Positions 52,001-64,000 of a stretch of 64,000 nucleotides of DNA are shown piece by piece. Under the pieces are notes generated by a model. The model was not told where the DNA came from and ran no database searches. It saw nothing but the letters and a program-made list of their open reading frames with translations. The DNA comes from Camelus ferus. Lineage: Eukaryota. Within the stretch, counting starts at the first letter, position 1; each line of letters starts with the position of its first letter. The DNA lies in NCBI RefSeq assembly GCF_009834535.1, contig NC_045696.1:64234001-64298000 (forward strand), written 5' to 3'. A program made the position numbers and the translations under genes.

Positions 52001-53039
52001 CCCAATAAGCTTGCAAATACATATTATTCCTTTCAACAAATGCTTTTTTAAATTATCTAGTTTTTAATTACTTTCCGTAATAAAGTTTTCGGTTTTAGGT
52101 TGAGATTCTGTACTTGAATTTTGCATATTCAAAATTGCAGGCTTAAAAGAACCCCCAGAGCAGTTTTGAAAAAAAAAATCCTATAAGCTGGATATGGAAG
52201 AGACATAGGAATTAGATCTCGGAGTAAAAATCAGAATTTGGCTGTTAGTGGCAAGTTATAACTGGCTGGCTAACTATAGGGAGTCAAAAAGAATAGATTC
52301 TTTGTGAGAATCAATGAGAGAAAATATTTCAAAACGAAAATACAAAGCATGAGCAAGTCATAGATAAAGACAGTCCCCCAGATAAAAGGAGTTTCCCATA
52401 ATTTCAGCTTCCATCACAGCCAGTTCTAGTAGATGTCAACCTCCCCAGATTTGATCTTTCCATCTGATGATGCTCACGAGTGGGGCAGGGCCCCAACTTT
52501 TGTAGACAAGCGTCTTTCACAAATCTTGTAAGATCCTCTAGCTCTTGGGTCAGGAAGTTCAGACAGGTATGTGTGTGTTTATGTGTGTATATAAAGGAGT
52601 TGTGTCCTGTAGCCTGTAGATCGTCCTTGTAGGAATGAAGTTGTGTCTCTGTTACTGAACACAGTGACACGGTGACCTAACAAGGGCAGGGTCAGGGAGG
52701 ACTGGGCAGAGCGTGGTCCATCCTGAAAGGGGTGGTATTTTATTGCTGACATGGTTTACTATCACTAGCACATGGTAATAATAAGAAGTAGATCAGCTTA
52801 GGTTGGTTTTAATATATTTCCTTAATTCTCTATAGGGGTTACATCCACTGCCCCTCCCACCACATTTCATCCCACTGCCTGAATATTTTGCTTGCTGCTT
52901 TCATAGACCAGCCTTTGTTTAATCAGGCATCAAACAGCCCCTGGGATGGTGCTTGTATTCTCTTTGCTCTGTGGCAGACTTCATTAAAAGACTGAGTTCA
53001 TCCCCAGGGTTTTAATCTGAGTTATACAGACCTGTTTTT

Positions 53040-53490
53040 TTATATTGAAGTATAGTTGATTTACAATGTTGTGTTGGTTTTTGGCGTACAGCATAGTTAT
53101 TCAGTTATACACACATGTATATATTCTTTTCCATATTCTTTTTCATTATAGGTTATTACAGGATACTGAATGTGGCTCCCTGTGCTATCCAGTAGGACCT
53201 TGCTGTTCATCTGTTTTTATATATGATAGTCTATATCTGCTAATCCCAAACTCCTAATTTGTCTCCCACCCCACCCACCCCCACTTTCCCCTTTGGTAAC
53301 TCAGCCATAAAAAAAAATGAAATAGTGTCATTTTTAGCAACATGGATGGACTTAAAGATTATCATACTAAGTGAAGTAAGTCAGACAGAGAAAGACAAAT
53401 ATCATATGATATGACTTATATATGGAATCTAAAAAAATGATACAAATGAACTTATTTACAAACCAGAAACAGAGAAACCAACTCACTGAT
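53040..53490. mobile_element. 5'-inverted (twin-primed) L1 insertion
   Basis: Minus-oriented L1 3' end at 53040-53300 joined to a plus-oriented upstream L1 segment at 53301-53490. TSD atacagacctgttttt (53024-53039) and atataggcctgttttt (53491-53506). Confidence 0.9.
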
Positions 53491-55214
53491 ATATAGGCCT
53501 GTTTTTAACTGTCTTCAACAGACAAAATATTCCCATGCACAGATTCTAAGAATAATTTTATAGAAAATCTGGTAAATGTAATGTTATATTTATATAGCAA
53601 CTGAATCATTTTTAAAATTTATTTCATTTAAATCTCTTAGTGCTGTTGTATCCTTATAGACACAGATGGGTACTGTTACTTTCATTTGACACACGATGAA
53701 ACTAAGGCCCAGAAGGTGATTGTCTAAAGTCCCCAAATTCATTAGTGACAGTGAGGGGACCAGACACCGCCCTCCTGTTACCAAACTCCTTTTTTTGTAC
53801 TGCATCATACGCCAGCATTTACCTGTCTATTCAAGTTAACTGGCCCTTTTAATAAGAGACTATCGAGGAAAGTATTTTGTGAATTTAGAATTTTCTCTCT
53901 AATATTCCCACTTAACCAGTAGGGAAGACAAGCTCAGGGATGTTAACCAGCTTGCAAGAGAGAGATGGCTCATTGACAGCAGAGGGAGAGAACACAGGTC
54001 CTGTACTTTGTTCACTGTACCACGGCCAACCTAGGCTTTGGGCTCTAGCAGCATCACTGGTTTCCCTAAGTCCTAATGAAAGAGAATTTTACACCCAGGA
54101 ATAAGAGAATCACAACAAATACCATATGAGACAATTAGATCTTCTGGTATTTTTCCTTTGCCACTTTAAGTGTTTTAGATCAAGTTTCAATTAACTGCCT
54201 GAAGGCAGGGAGTTAAGCTCTACACCAAGACAAGGGTCTAACGACTAAGCCTGGGAGTGGTCTCGTGGACGAAAGACTGGCCCAACAGGAGTGGCTCACC
54301 TGGTGGCAGGAATGGAAAGGCAGGAGGTGTGTCCTGGAGGGAAGTCTGCTCTTCTTGGGCCAGAGAGACGGTAGAGAAAGGGAGGTATATGGAACAAGAG
54401 ACAGCTGGGAGTAGTGGGCAGACTTCTCAGCTCTGGGCTTCAGCCTGCAGAGAGGAGCTACGGTAGATAAGGTCTGATGAAGCCTGAGAGAGAGCAAACA
54501 CTGTCCATTCCCATTTAAGACTCTGGAAAGAGATCCCCTGTTGGGCTGAATTCCACATACCAACCATGTCAAAATAAACTTAGCAACACAATTAGGTAGA
54601 GGGGCCTTGGTATTCAGCTTCCCTCAGCAGCTTTAAATCCTCATTTAGAATACACTACATTATTTCTGGGTTTAAATGCTAAGCTTTTTTAGATGATCTG
54701 AAGAAGCCCATGAGGCCAGAGGCTCATACAGATGTAGACCTACATTACATCCTAGAGGGAAGTCTCAGGACTGACTGATTTTTGAGGCAGATGACTTGCG
54801 CCAGGGCCATATAGCAAGGGGAGGGGAAACTCCACGGTAAAGTCTGGGCTGAACTGGTTGTTTCAGGAGGCCAGAGGGAGGATGTAGCGGAGACTCAGAA
54901 GGGTCTAAAATGTAAGCGAGAGCTAAGATAAGGTTGAGGCAGCCAGGGAGCATCACTTGGCTTAACCATGTCCAGAGAGAAATACCAGTTGTTGGTAGAT
55001 GTTAACCACAACCGGTGACAAGAGACAATGCTTCAGAAACTAGAGGAACAGCAGATGGTACAAGGAAACCAAGCGGATCTGCTGATTTTTCTGCCTCCCT
55101 CCCTATCAGGTTAGCACATAGTACCCTTTTCTTCACTCACACGAGCATCTCAAACTCCCAATCTTCTTCTTTTCTTATTTCTCTCTTTCTTTATTTTTTT
55201 TTTGTTAGACATAC

Positions 55215-55292
55215 TTTTTTAAAAAAAAATTGAGGTGTGGTTAATTTACAATATTATGTAAGCTTCAGGTGTACAACATCGTGGTTCACAAC
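55215..55292 (-). mobile_element. Short L1 3' end
   Basis: ttgaggtgtggttaatttacaatattatgtaagcttcaggtgtacaac. Confidence 0.6.
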
Positions 55293-55397
55293 CAGAGAAT
55301 CTTAGAGAAGCAGGATGAAAGGAGAGGCAGGTAAGGCATTTTACCTCAAAGTAGAACATTATCTGAAAGGACTATATAAATCATTGCATTAGATTAG

Positions 55398-56225
55398 AAT
55401 TTCTTTTAATTTTGAAATAATCTCAGACCTACAGAAGGATTGCAAGTATCGTACAAAAACTTTTCCCCTTTTAAATTATTTGAGAATATGTTGTGGACAT
55501 AATACTTCTTAACCCCCCAATACTTAAATAGTGCCATATTTTTGAAAAACAAGACAATTCTTCCCAATGACCACAGCACAACCATTAAAATCAGGAAATT
55601 AACCTTGAAAAATTGCTACCATTTCATCCTCAGGCTCCATTCAAATTTCACCAATTGTCACAATAATGTCCTCTCTAGCAAAACATCACACAGTGCATGT
55701 CTCTTTAAATATTTTTATTTGAAGTTTCATGGCTCTGCAGCTTTTGACGATCACAGCCTAGGTATTTGGTAGAATACCCCTCGATTTATGTTTCCTGATG
55801 TTTCTGCACTAGATCTAGGTTACCCATCTCTGGCAGGAATATCTCAGGACTGATGCTGTGTTCTCATGCATGTAATCAGGTAGCACATGACCTTCAATTT
55901 GTTCCATTACTAATGATGTTCACATTGATCACTGGATTAAAGTCCGCCAGACTTATCCACTGCAAAGTTACTCTCTTCCCCTTCGTAATTAAAAGGCATT
56001 TTATGGAGAGGTAACTTGAAACTATGTAAATATCCTCTTCTTCCCCACACTTTCAGTTGATTCATTTGTTGATCATAGTTGATGTGTATATAATGTGCCT
56101 TATAATCCTTTACTATCAATATTGCTTATTTTGACACTCTGGGTCCTTTTGGTGTGTCCCCATCATTCTTTGAGCACTTCCTTAGCTTTCTTTCACAATC
56201 AGATGCTCTAAACTCTAACATCAAC
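55398..56225 (-). mobile_element. Old L1 (L1MC4/5-like) 3' UTR
   Basis: ttttgaaataatctcagacctacagaag...accacagcacaaccattaaaatcaggaaattaac...ttgagcacttcctt. Confidence 0.75.
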
Positions 56226-57214
56226 CCGGCTTGGACCCACCAAATGGCTTCAGGACTGAATTGGTCAGGAGAGGAAGAGATCAGAAAAAGAAGGGCTGGC
56301 AAGTTCCAAGCTTAAGCAGACAAGTAAATTTCTATTCTTCTTACTAGCTCCCTCTCTGACAAGTCTGGTTTAAAAGGAGGCAAAATCAAATGCCTACCCT
56401 CTGCTAACATGAATGGGAGTATGAGGGAATTTAAACCTTTGCTACCTGTATCTTCTTAGGCCGACCCATGTTCACATTTCCCTCTCAGACTTTGTCAGCT
56501 CCTTGGTTGGTTGCTTAAGTTACACTTTTTGTTCATTCCTCTGTAGTGTTTAGTGACAGACCTGTGAAGCAGAGCAGGTGGTATGAAGTGGTATGAACCT
56601 CTTCTAGGATCTTTAATAATGAAAGACCTGGTGACGTGTTAATACTTTTCTAATGTCAGTTGGAAAGACGGGCACAAAAAGGAGGGTAGACTGGAGGAGT
56701 CACCAAAAAGGTAAACAAGCCCCAAAAGCTGGAGTCTAGGGAAGAACTAACGATGGAGAAAACCAAAAGTTTTCTAGGACTTAAGAAGCTTGTAATAAAT
56801 CTACATAATAAAACTGGGGGAAAATAATTAATTAATTAATTATTTTTTAGAGAAGAAGCAGCTTGAGAAGCAAAGGACGTTGTGGCCTCAGATAGCAGCA
56901 TGTCACCGCTTCTCCACTGTTTCCTAGGGATTATGAGCCACCAGGCAACCCACAGCACTTCCGTGCTCTCAAAGGATGTACTTTTCCATATGAAAGTACA
57001 ACCTGGGGATAATAAATTTTTAACAATATTCTTCTCTAGAGATTGGCATTTTGAAAGATATTTATTGTCTAAGTTTTTACATTTCTGATATGCTGGAATT
57101 TTTACTAAATATGTATTATTTGGTAATCAGAAAAATTGTAGACAGGCAAGAAATAGAAATAGTAAAATATTGGATAAGGAACTAGGTAGTTTCATTAAAA
57201 TACTCATTTAGTTT

Positions 57215-57425
57215 TTTTTCTTGTTTCTGAAGTATCATGTTATACTCAGTTAAACGTATAAATCTTCAGTGTAAAACTGGGGAACTTTTACACGTGTATA
57301 TATTCCAGCAACCACCACCCAGATCAAGATAAAAAATATTTCTATCACCCAAAAGAGTTAACTTGTACCTCTTTGCAGCCCATCCCCTACCAAGGTCACC
57401 ACTATTTTGACTTGTATCACATAGA
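57215..57425 (-). mobile_element. L1ME-like 3' end
   Basis: caaccaccacccagatcaagata...atttctatcaccc...accactattttgactt. Confidence 0.6.
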
Positions 57426-57891
57426 TCAGGGTCAGCAAGCAGACTCCAGGTCTGACTTGACCACTAATGTACCGTGCCAATCTAACAAGTCCCAGGAAAT
57501 AGACTCAATGACCTTTATGGATGCTTTCAGTTCTACTATTCCAGGAAAGAAAAAATAAGTAAGGTATTTTCCCCCAAGGGTCCTTAGTAAATGAACAGTA
57601 AGAACTGTCTCCCAACTTCCAGGCCTAACTCCATCTACTAAGCCTTAGGGCTTCTGCATAAATTAGTTCCTAAAGCTGAATTGAGTAGAGTTTATTTAAA
57701 AGAGAAAGTGGTATTTAATTCTGAAATATTAGACTAATGTTCCATTCATTCTATTTTTTTTTTTTTCTTTACCATTTACTGTATGCCAAACATCAAACAT
57801 CACTTTGGCAGACAATCACTCAGCTAGGGAGGCAGCGATAGTCAAACAACACCTGCTCCTTGCGTTAGTGGAAGAATGAAAACACAGGCTT

Positions 57892-58290
57892 ACTCTCACT
57901 TATATGTGAAATCTAAAAAAACTGAACTCACAGATTCAGAGAATAGATTGGTTGCCAGATGCTGGAGATGGGGTGGGCAAAATGGGTGAAGCTGGTCAAA
58001 ACTTCCCATTATAAGACAATAAATCCTGGGAATGTGTAGAGCATAGTGACTTTAATTAATAATACTGTGCTGCATATTTGAAAGTTGTTAAATGAGTAGA
58101 TCTTAAAAGTTCTTATCACAAGAAAAAAAAATGGCAGCTATGTGAGGTGAGGAAGGTTAACTGGACTTCCCTGTGGTAACCATTTCACAATACACAAATC
58201 TGCCGAATATTTGTGTTGTATGCTTCAAACAAAAACAATGTTATGTGCCAATTGTATCTTAATAAAACTGGAAGAAGAAGAAAAATAAGA
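57892..58290 (+). mobile_element. L1MA9-like 3' end
   Basis: tctcacttatatgtgaaatcta...gagtagatcttaaaagttcttatcacaagaaaaa...caattgtatcttaataaaactgg. Confidence 0.85.
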
Positions 58291-60204
58291 AAGACAGGTC
58301 CAAGTGACTGTAATGGAGAGAAGGACTGTGGGGGGCTGCAAGAGAGAAAGCAACTTCTAAGGGGGGGAAACTCACTTTCAGCTGGGAGATAAGCACAGGC
58401 GTCATGCAGGCGGTTGACCAGATAGCTGGACCTAGAATGCCGTGCAGTATCTGGATACATGGAAACAGAATTTGTTCCCAAAATGTGCTAACCTCACATG
58501 AGGATGATAGGCCCCCTTCCACAAAGCATGCACAAGGTATTCTTCTTTCAGCAAGATTGATGGTTTTGTTCTGAGGTCTTCATAGATTTCACCTGTTTAT
58601 ATCTCCAAGTAACAAGTCACCAGTAGGGAAACTGTGTCTGGGTAACAGATTGACATCAACAGATCTTTCATATGTCATATCACAAAGTCAAGATACATAG
58701 AGAAAATCATGTGTCCATAGAGCCCCTGCAAATCAGTGATTCTGCTCATAGCCCCCTAGGCCATGCTGTCACCTGAAGGGCTCTAAGGTTTCCTGGTTGG
58801 GCTGGACAGTAGACACCTTTTGCCGATGCTACAGAGTCCCTCTTCTCCTGGAGGAAATTAGTTCCTCATAAATGCTGCCTCTTCCTTTTATTGTTGGAGT
58901 GAGAGCTTCCTTCATGATTTGACATTAGCATCATTGACTCTGAAAGCACTGAGTGACTTAATTACTTCCTCACCAATTTCCAGCTTGAGAGTGTTGTCCT
59001 GAGATCTTCAGATTCAGACTCACTTAGAGTGCTCCTCTGTATGAAAAAAGTTCTTATGAAGGGAATGGACTGGAAACCGCATGGCTGAATTGTAGAGGGA
59101 AGATTGGGAAAGGGAAAGTCAGGATGATTAACTTTCTTATGTCTAGTTATTTATTTTAAATAATATATTTTTTAAATGATTAACTCTAGATGACCTACAA
59201 TTTAAATTGCATTATCTGAAATACTTTTTATTACTCGTAAAAGGGAATTATTTCCTTTTTAATAAACACATACTGAGCTCCACTTATGTGCTAGGAGTTA
59301 ATATTCTATGAAAATGCAAAAGACAGATCATAGTTGCTCAGTAGCATGTATCAGAATTCTTTCAACAGTCATCAGGCATCCTCTGTGTCCAAGGCAAGGT
59401 ACTTTTCTAGGTGCTGCGGAAAGAAATAGGTAAGCTGGAGACCCTCAGGGATCATGTCTTACAAGACCCCTATTTTTTGGATGAAGAAATCATAGCTCTG
59501 AGAAGTTATTTAATTTTACCAAGATCCCATGGCTAGTAAGTTGCAGAGCCCAGACAAGAATGTTCTCTCCTTGATTAGTAGGCTTTTCCATTATTTTTTT
59601 AAAGCCTCTTTCGTAGGAATAAAAGCAAATCTGACAGGGATTTTCCCAAAATAAACCTATGCTTTGATAGACAAGGACTGTTGACTAAGGAAATTATACT
59701 ATCTCTTCTCAGTAAAAGAGTATGGATGACACTGGATCCATCCAGATTTTTCTCACAGGGTCAGTTTTCGTAAGTTGGAGTCTCACTCAGCCAGTTCAGT
59801 CCATTAGGAAAGAGTATATATTGCTGAAAGGAGGATATTTTGCTGTGGAATTCAATTTGTAGGAATTTATTTATAACAAGTGAAAATGAAACAAACCTGA
59901 ATATGATTTGCCCCTAAAAGGGACAATAGCTACCCATTGTGTAACAGCGATTACCCTAGGTCAGCGGCATAACTGGGACCAGAAATAATTTGGAGCGAAT
60001 CAGTATTTTTTTTTCCTTCATTTTCTGCCCCAGTCTCCCCCGCTGACATGTGACTGTTCTTATCCTGTGCTGTCTGCTTACCCTCTACTTTCCCCAGTTG
60101 GGATGTGATTTAAAGAGGAGGCTAGCTCACCTTCCTCATACAACAGCCTAAAAATACTTAGAACCATGTATTTCTTTTTAAAACTTTTTACAATATTATT
60201 TATT

Positions 60205-61500
60205 TATTCATTTGCTCATTCATTAATTCATTTCTCAAACTCTGGTTGAGCATCTATTATAGAGTTAAGCACTGGGGCTATGACAAGTCCTCAGTTAGAA
60301 GCAAGTAAGCAAGCTCTTTGTAACAAATATCACCAGAAAGATAATCACTGAGTGTTGGAGAAGAGTTTGGGGAGAGTATCGCACCCCGACCTGGAGGTCA
60401 GGGAAATGAGTTCTCCTTCGTTCTGATTCTGCAGCAAGACTGCAAGACAGCTTTGATTTTCCTCCATTGTCCAGAAGAAGAAATTGAGTTTCAGAGAACT
60501 TAAGTGACCAACCAAAAAATCTGAGGGCCTGCTAAGTATCAGGTGCTCCTCTTGGCACAGAAGATACAGTGAAAAAAAAAAAAAAAAGATGAAAGTCCGG
60601 TGCACAGATTGTACATTTTCATGAGAGAGTGAACACAGATGTGTAAAATATTTGCTATTTATAAACACTAGGAAGAAAACTAAAACAGGTTATGATATAT
60701 TATGATATATTAGGAAGAAGGTTGGTCGCAAATGAGAAGAGGGAAGTTGCTTTCTTATAGAGACTAATTGTGGAAGGTCTTTCTAATGAGATGACTGAGA
60801 TTTGAATGGAGACCCGAAGAAAGCCTTCACTATCAGAAGGAATCACAAGTGCAAAGACTCAAGTTTGCTTGCCGTAGTTGAAGAACAGCAAGGTAAATGT
60901 AACAGCTAAAGTAAGGAAAGAAATGGGAAATAGATCATGTTGGGCCTTATAGGACGTGACTCAGGTATTAGATCTTACTCTCAGTATAATTAGAGGCCGT
61001 TGCAAGTTTTAAGCAGAGGAGTGATTTTTTTTTTTTCACTTATGTTTTGAAAACATTATTCTGGCTGTTGAGTGTAGGGGCAAGAAAAGGGTTGGGGAAC
61101 TTATTTAGAAGATTACTTAATAGACCAGGTCTATTGAAAGTCATGTAACTTGGACCAGGGTAGCCGGATGAAGGAGGTGAGAAATGATTTGTTTCTGGAT
61201 AGAGTTTGATGGAGGGGTCAATAGGATTTGCTGATGGGTTAAATATGAGGTAAGAAAGAGAGGGGTCAGAGTAGGTGCTGGAATTACCATAGTGAACAAA
61301 ACAAATGGGGCTGACCTTGGGACATTTTTCTATTGGTGAGATGGACACCCAAAAAACTAGCAAGCAAATAAATGCGGTGAGTATTAAAAAGGACACAATA
61401 GGGTTGTCAGAGAGAATCTCTCTGAAGTGGTATTTAAGCTAAAAGCTGAAGAATGAGAGGTGCCCTCCAGGCAGTAGCCAGGAGGTGTGTTCCAGGTGGC
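60205..61500 (-). mobile_element. L2 remnant(s)
   Basis: Begins attcatttgctcattcatt...ttgagcatcta, then tagatcatgttgggccttatagg...gttttaagcagaggagtga...ggatttgctgatggg. An embedded MIR-like piece lies near 60470. Confidence 0.65.
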
Positions 61501-61628
61501 GCTTCAAGAAACACAAAAGCCCTGCGGTCTAATGGCTGCAAAGCAGAAGAGCCAGGATTTAAACTAGTTTGCCCTACTGTTAAGCCTGTTTTTTTTTTTT
61601 CCCCCTACTCTTGCATGCTCTAGAACAA

Positions 61629-61890
61629 CTTTTTTTTTAATAGCAGTTTTATTTTTATAATTGAAGTATAATGGTTGTACAATATTTTATGTTACAGGTG
61701 TATAATACAGTGATTCACAATTCTTAAAAGTTATAGTCCATTTATAGTTCTTATAAAATATTGGCTATTTCCCTCGTGTTGTACAATATATTCTTGTAGC
61801 TTATTTTATACCTAGTAGCTTGTACCTCTTCATTTCCTATCCCTATGTTGCCCCACCTCCACCCCTCTTCCAGGTGGCAACCACTAGTTT
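61629..61890 (-). mobile_element. Artiodactyl-type L1 3' end with TSD
   Basis: Poly-T then aattgaagtata...caggtgtataatacagtgattcacaa...ggcaaccactagtt, flanked by tagaacaa (61621-61628 and 61891-61898). Confidence 0.85.
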
Positions 61891-61895
61891 TAGAA

Positions 61896-62372
61896 CAATG
61901 GTTTTTAAAGTGTGATCTGTGAAACCAGAGTTCCCTGAAGCCCTTCCAGGGGGTCCACAGGTCAAAACTCTTTTCATACTAATATTTTCTTTTTCATACT
62001 AATTCTCTCACAAGTATACTTGTTTTCCAAAGGCTATGGGACATAGGAGATAGCAACAGATTAAATACAAAGCTGATAAGAGAATTCCACGTTCTATTAA
62101 GCCAAGCATTAAAGATATTTGAAAAAATGGAAAAGAACACCACTCTTCTCACTGAATTATTTTTGTTTTTTAAATATTTGTTCATAGCGTATGTCATTTG
62201 TTGGCACAAAAAGATTAATATTTATTTTAAACAAATTAATGAACATTTTAAAATTGCTCAGTGTTAATTTCCCATGGTAAATATTAATAGATACAACTCA
62301 CTAAAACAGGTTATGTGGATCCTCCATAATTTTTAAGGATGTAAAGCATCCTGAGAAGTTTGAGAACTGCTG
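61896..62372. mobile_element. hAT-Charlie DNA transposon remnant (Charlie4-like)
   Basis: Imperfect terminal inverted repeats caatggtttttaaagt and agtttgagaactgctg. Internal ccagggggtccacaggtcaaaact. Confidence 0.7.
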
Positions 62373-62399
62373 TTCTAACATTAACATCAAGGCTCTCTC

Positions 62400-63125
62400 A
62401 AAGGGAGCCCTTCTACACTGTTGGTGGGAATGTAAATTGGTGCAGCCTCATGGAAAACAGTACGGAAGTTCCTTAAAAAACTAAAAATGGAGCTACCATA
62501 TGACCTAGCAATCCCACTCCTGGGCATGTATCCAGAAAAGATGAAAATTATAATTTGAAAAGATACATGCACTCCAATGTTCATAGCAACACTATTTACA
62601 ATAGCCAAGGCATGGAAGCAACATAAGTGCCCATTAACAAATGAATGGTATATATATGTATACCACACACATACACACACACTCCACATCTTCTTTATAT
62701 ATATATAAAATGGAATATTATTATATAATACTTCTATATACACAATGGAATACTACTCGGCCATAAAAAAGAATGAAGTAATGCCATTTACAGCAACATG
62801 GATGGACCTAGAGAATGTTATACTAAGTGAAGTAAGTCAGATAGAGAAAGACAAAATATAATATCACTTATATGTAGAACCTAAAAAATAATACAAGTGA
62901 ATTTACTTACAAAACAGAAACAGACTCACAGACATAGTAAACAAACTTGTGTTTACCAAAGGGGAGAGGGGAGGGGGAGAGATAAATTAGGAGTTTGGGA
63001 TTAACAGATACACACTGCTATATATACAATAGATTAACAACAAGGATTTACTGTATAGCACAGAGAACTATATTCAATATCTTATAATAACCTATAATGG
63101 AAAATACTCTGAACATATATATACC
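62400..63125 (+). mobile_element. Artiodactyl/camelid L1 ORF2 end and 3' UTR
   Basis: acactgttggtgggaatgtaaattggtgcagcc...gcaatcccactcctgggcat...ctgtatagcacagagaactatattcaata. Confidence 0.9.
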
Positions 63126-63144
63126 TATGAAATGCATACTTTTA

Positions 63145-63275
63145 TTATATCCATTTTACAAAGAGGAAGCCAAGGGACAAAACAATGAAAACTGGTCCCA
63201 GGCCACACAGTTAGTAAGTGATAGAACTGGGATTAGAACCCAAAGAGTATCACAGATAATATTCTGAACCATCAG
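63145..63275 (-). mobile_element. MIR
   Basis: ccattttacaaagaggaagccaagg...cacacagttagtaagtgatagaactgggattagaaccc. Confidence 0.7.
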
Positions 63276-63903
63276 AGGTAATTTAATAAATGTGAAGAAA
63301 TAAATGAAGGTTTGGCCTGAATGCTATGTGAACTCACTTGCAAGGGATCACAGTAGCTCCAGCTGACTGTTGGATCTGGGTCAGGGGGTGGTGCCCTGAA
63401 ATATCACGTGGCAGACAGAGCCAGAGGAAGAGGGGAAAACCTGGGCTAGGGAATGCTGAGCAGTACACCATTGGAATTCACTTCTGCCATCATGTCCCAA
63501 AGGCAAGCATGAATCAGGACGAGGGCAAGGTCACAAAGCCCAAAGCTGCAGTGGGCACTAGAGACAAAACGAGGAGAGGAGAGAAGATTTTGCTTCTGCC
63601 CTATCTCATATCTAAGAAGTCAGTCATCTCTCAGCATTATGCCTCCCTGCCTTTCTGGTTCTCAAAGGAGGTGCATATTCCTCTTGGGGTCATATCTGCA
63701 GAGGAGGTCTTGGTTGAGATGGGAAAATATTCCGTTTCTCCTTCCCACCCCATCACATTAAGAGTGACTGAATGAGCAAAATGATCTCAGACAAATAATA
63801 GGAGGAGAGCTGGAGTGCCCAACACTCAAATGCATATATTAGATACAAGGTTTATAGGGCACCACCGGGTTTAATGACTTCAGGTTAGGGAAAATACCCA
63901 CAC

Positions 63904-64000
63904 CAGAGCAAAATTTACAATAGCACATCTTACTTGGTGGATTAAACAGTCACATGCTCAGAGTAAATTTTGCAATAACTCATTTCACTTGGTGGATTAG
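63904..64000. repeat. Diverged tandem repeat, period about 55 bp, cut by the window end
   Basis: cagagcaaaatttacaatagc...acttggtggatta (from 63904) and cagagtaaattttgcaataac...acttggtggatta (from 63959). Confidence 0.7.

Noticed and set aside
62387..62743. 118-aa minus ORF, and similar ORFs at 29254-29751 and 53066-53257
   Set aside because: Antisense translations of L1 sequence.
63338..63775. Longest ORF in the window (145 aa)
   Set aside because: TTG start, no recognisable domain and no promoter or splice support, so probably chance.
1..64000. CRISPR arrays, operons or other prokaryote-type novel systems; intact retroviral or transposase genes
   Set aside because: This is intron- and repeat-rich mammalian DNA. 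There are no regularly spaced repeat-spacer arrays and no long ORFs.

Overview
Mammalian genomic DNA, probably from a camelid: there is a Vic-1-like tRNA-derived SINE and artiodactyl/camelid-type L1 3' ends, and I recognised no Alu, B1, BovB/Bov-A, PRE1 or SINEC. The window holds two convergent genes. On +, the last two coding exons and 3' UTR of the P5B-type ATPase ATP13A5 (1204-1284, 2742-3002). On -, the complete PLAAT1/HRASLS gene: a CpG-island promoter and exon 1 near 24.2-24.7 kb, then coding exons 16507-16369, 12962-12694 and 6981-6880, giving an intact 169-aa protein with the His30/Asn42/Cys120 catalytic set. Everything from about 25 to 64 kb looks like gene-free intergenic DNA rich in L1, L2, MIR, LTR and hAT elements, several nested or with visible target-site duplications. 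I found no evidence of a new biological system. The best leads are Arg/Gly-rich upstream ORFs in PLAAT1 exon 1 (possible relic of the PLAAT1L extension), a PDZ-type C-terminus (ETRL) on ATP13A5, a twin-primed inverted L1, and nested-repeat chronologies. Gene and repeat names come from remembered sequences, not database searches, and repeat boundaries are approximate unless a TSD is given.
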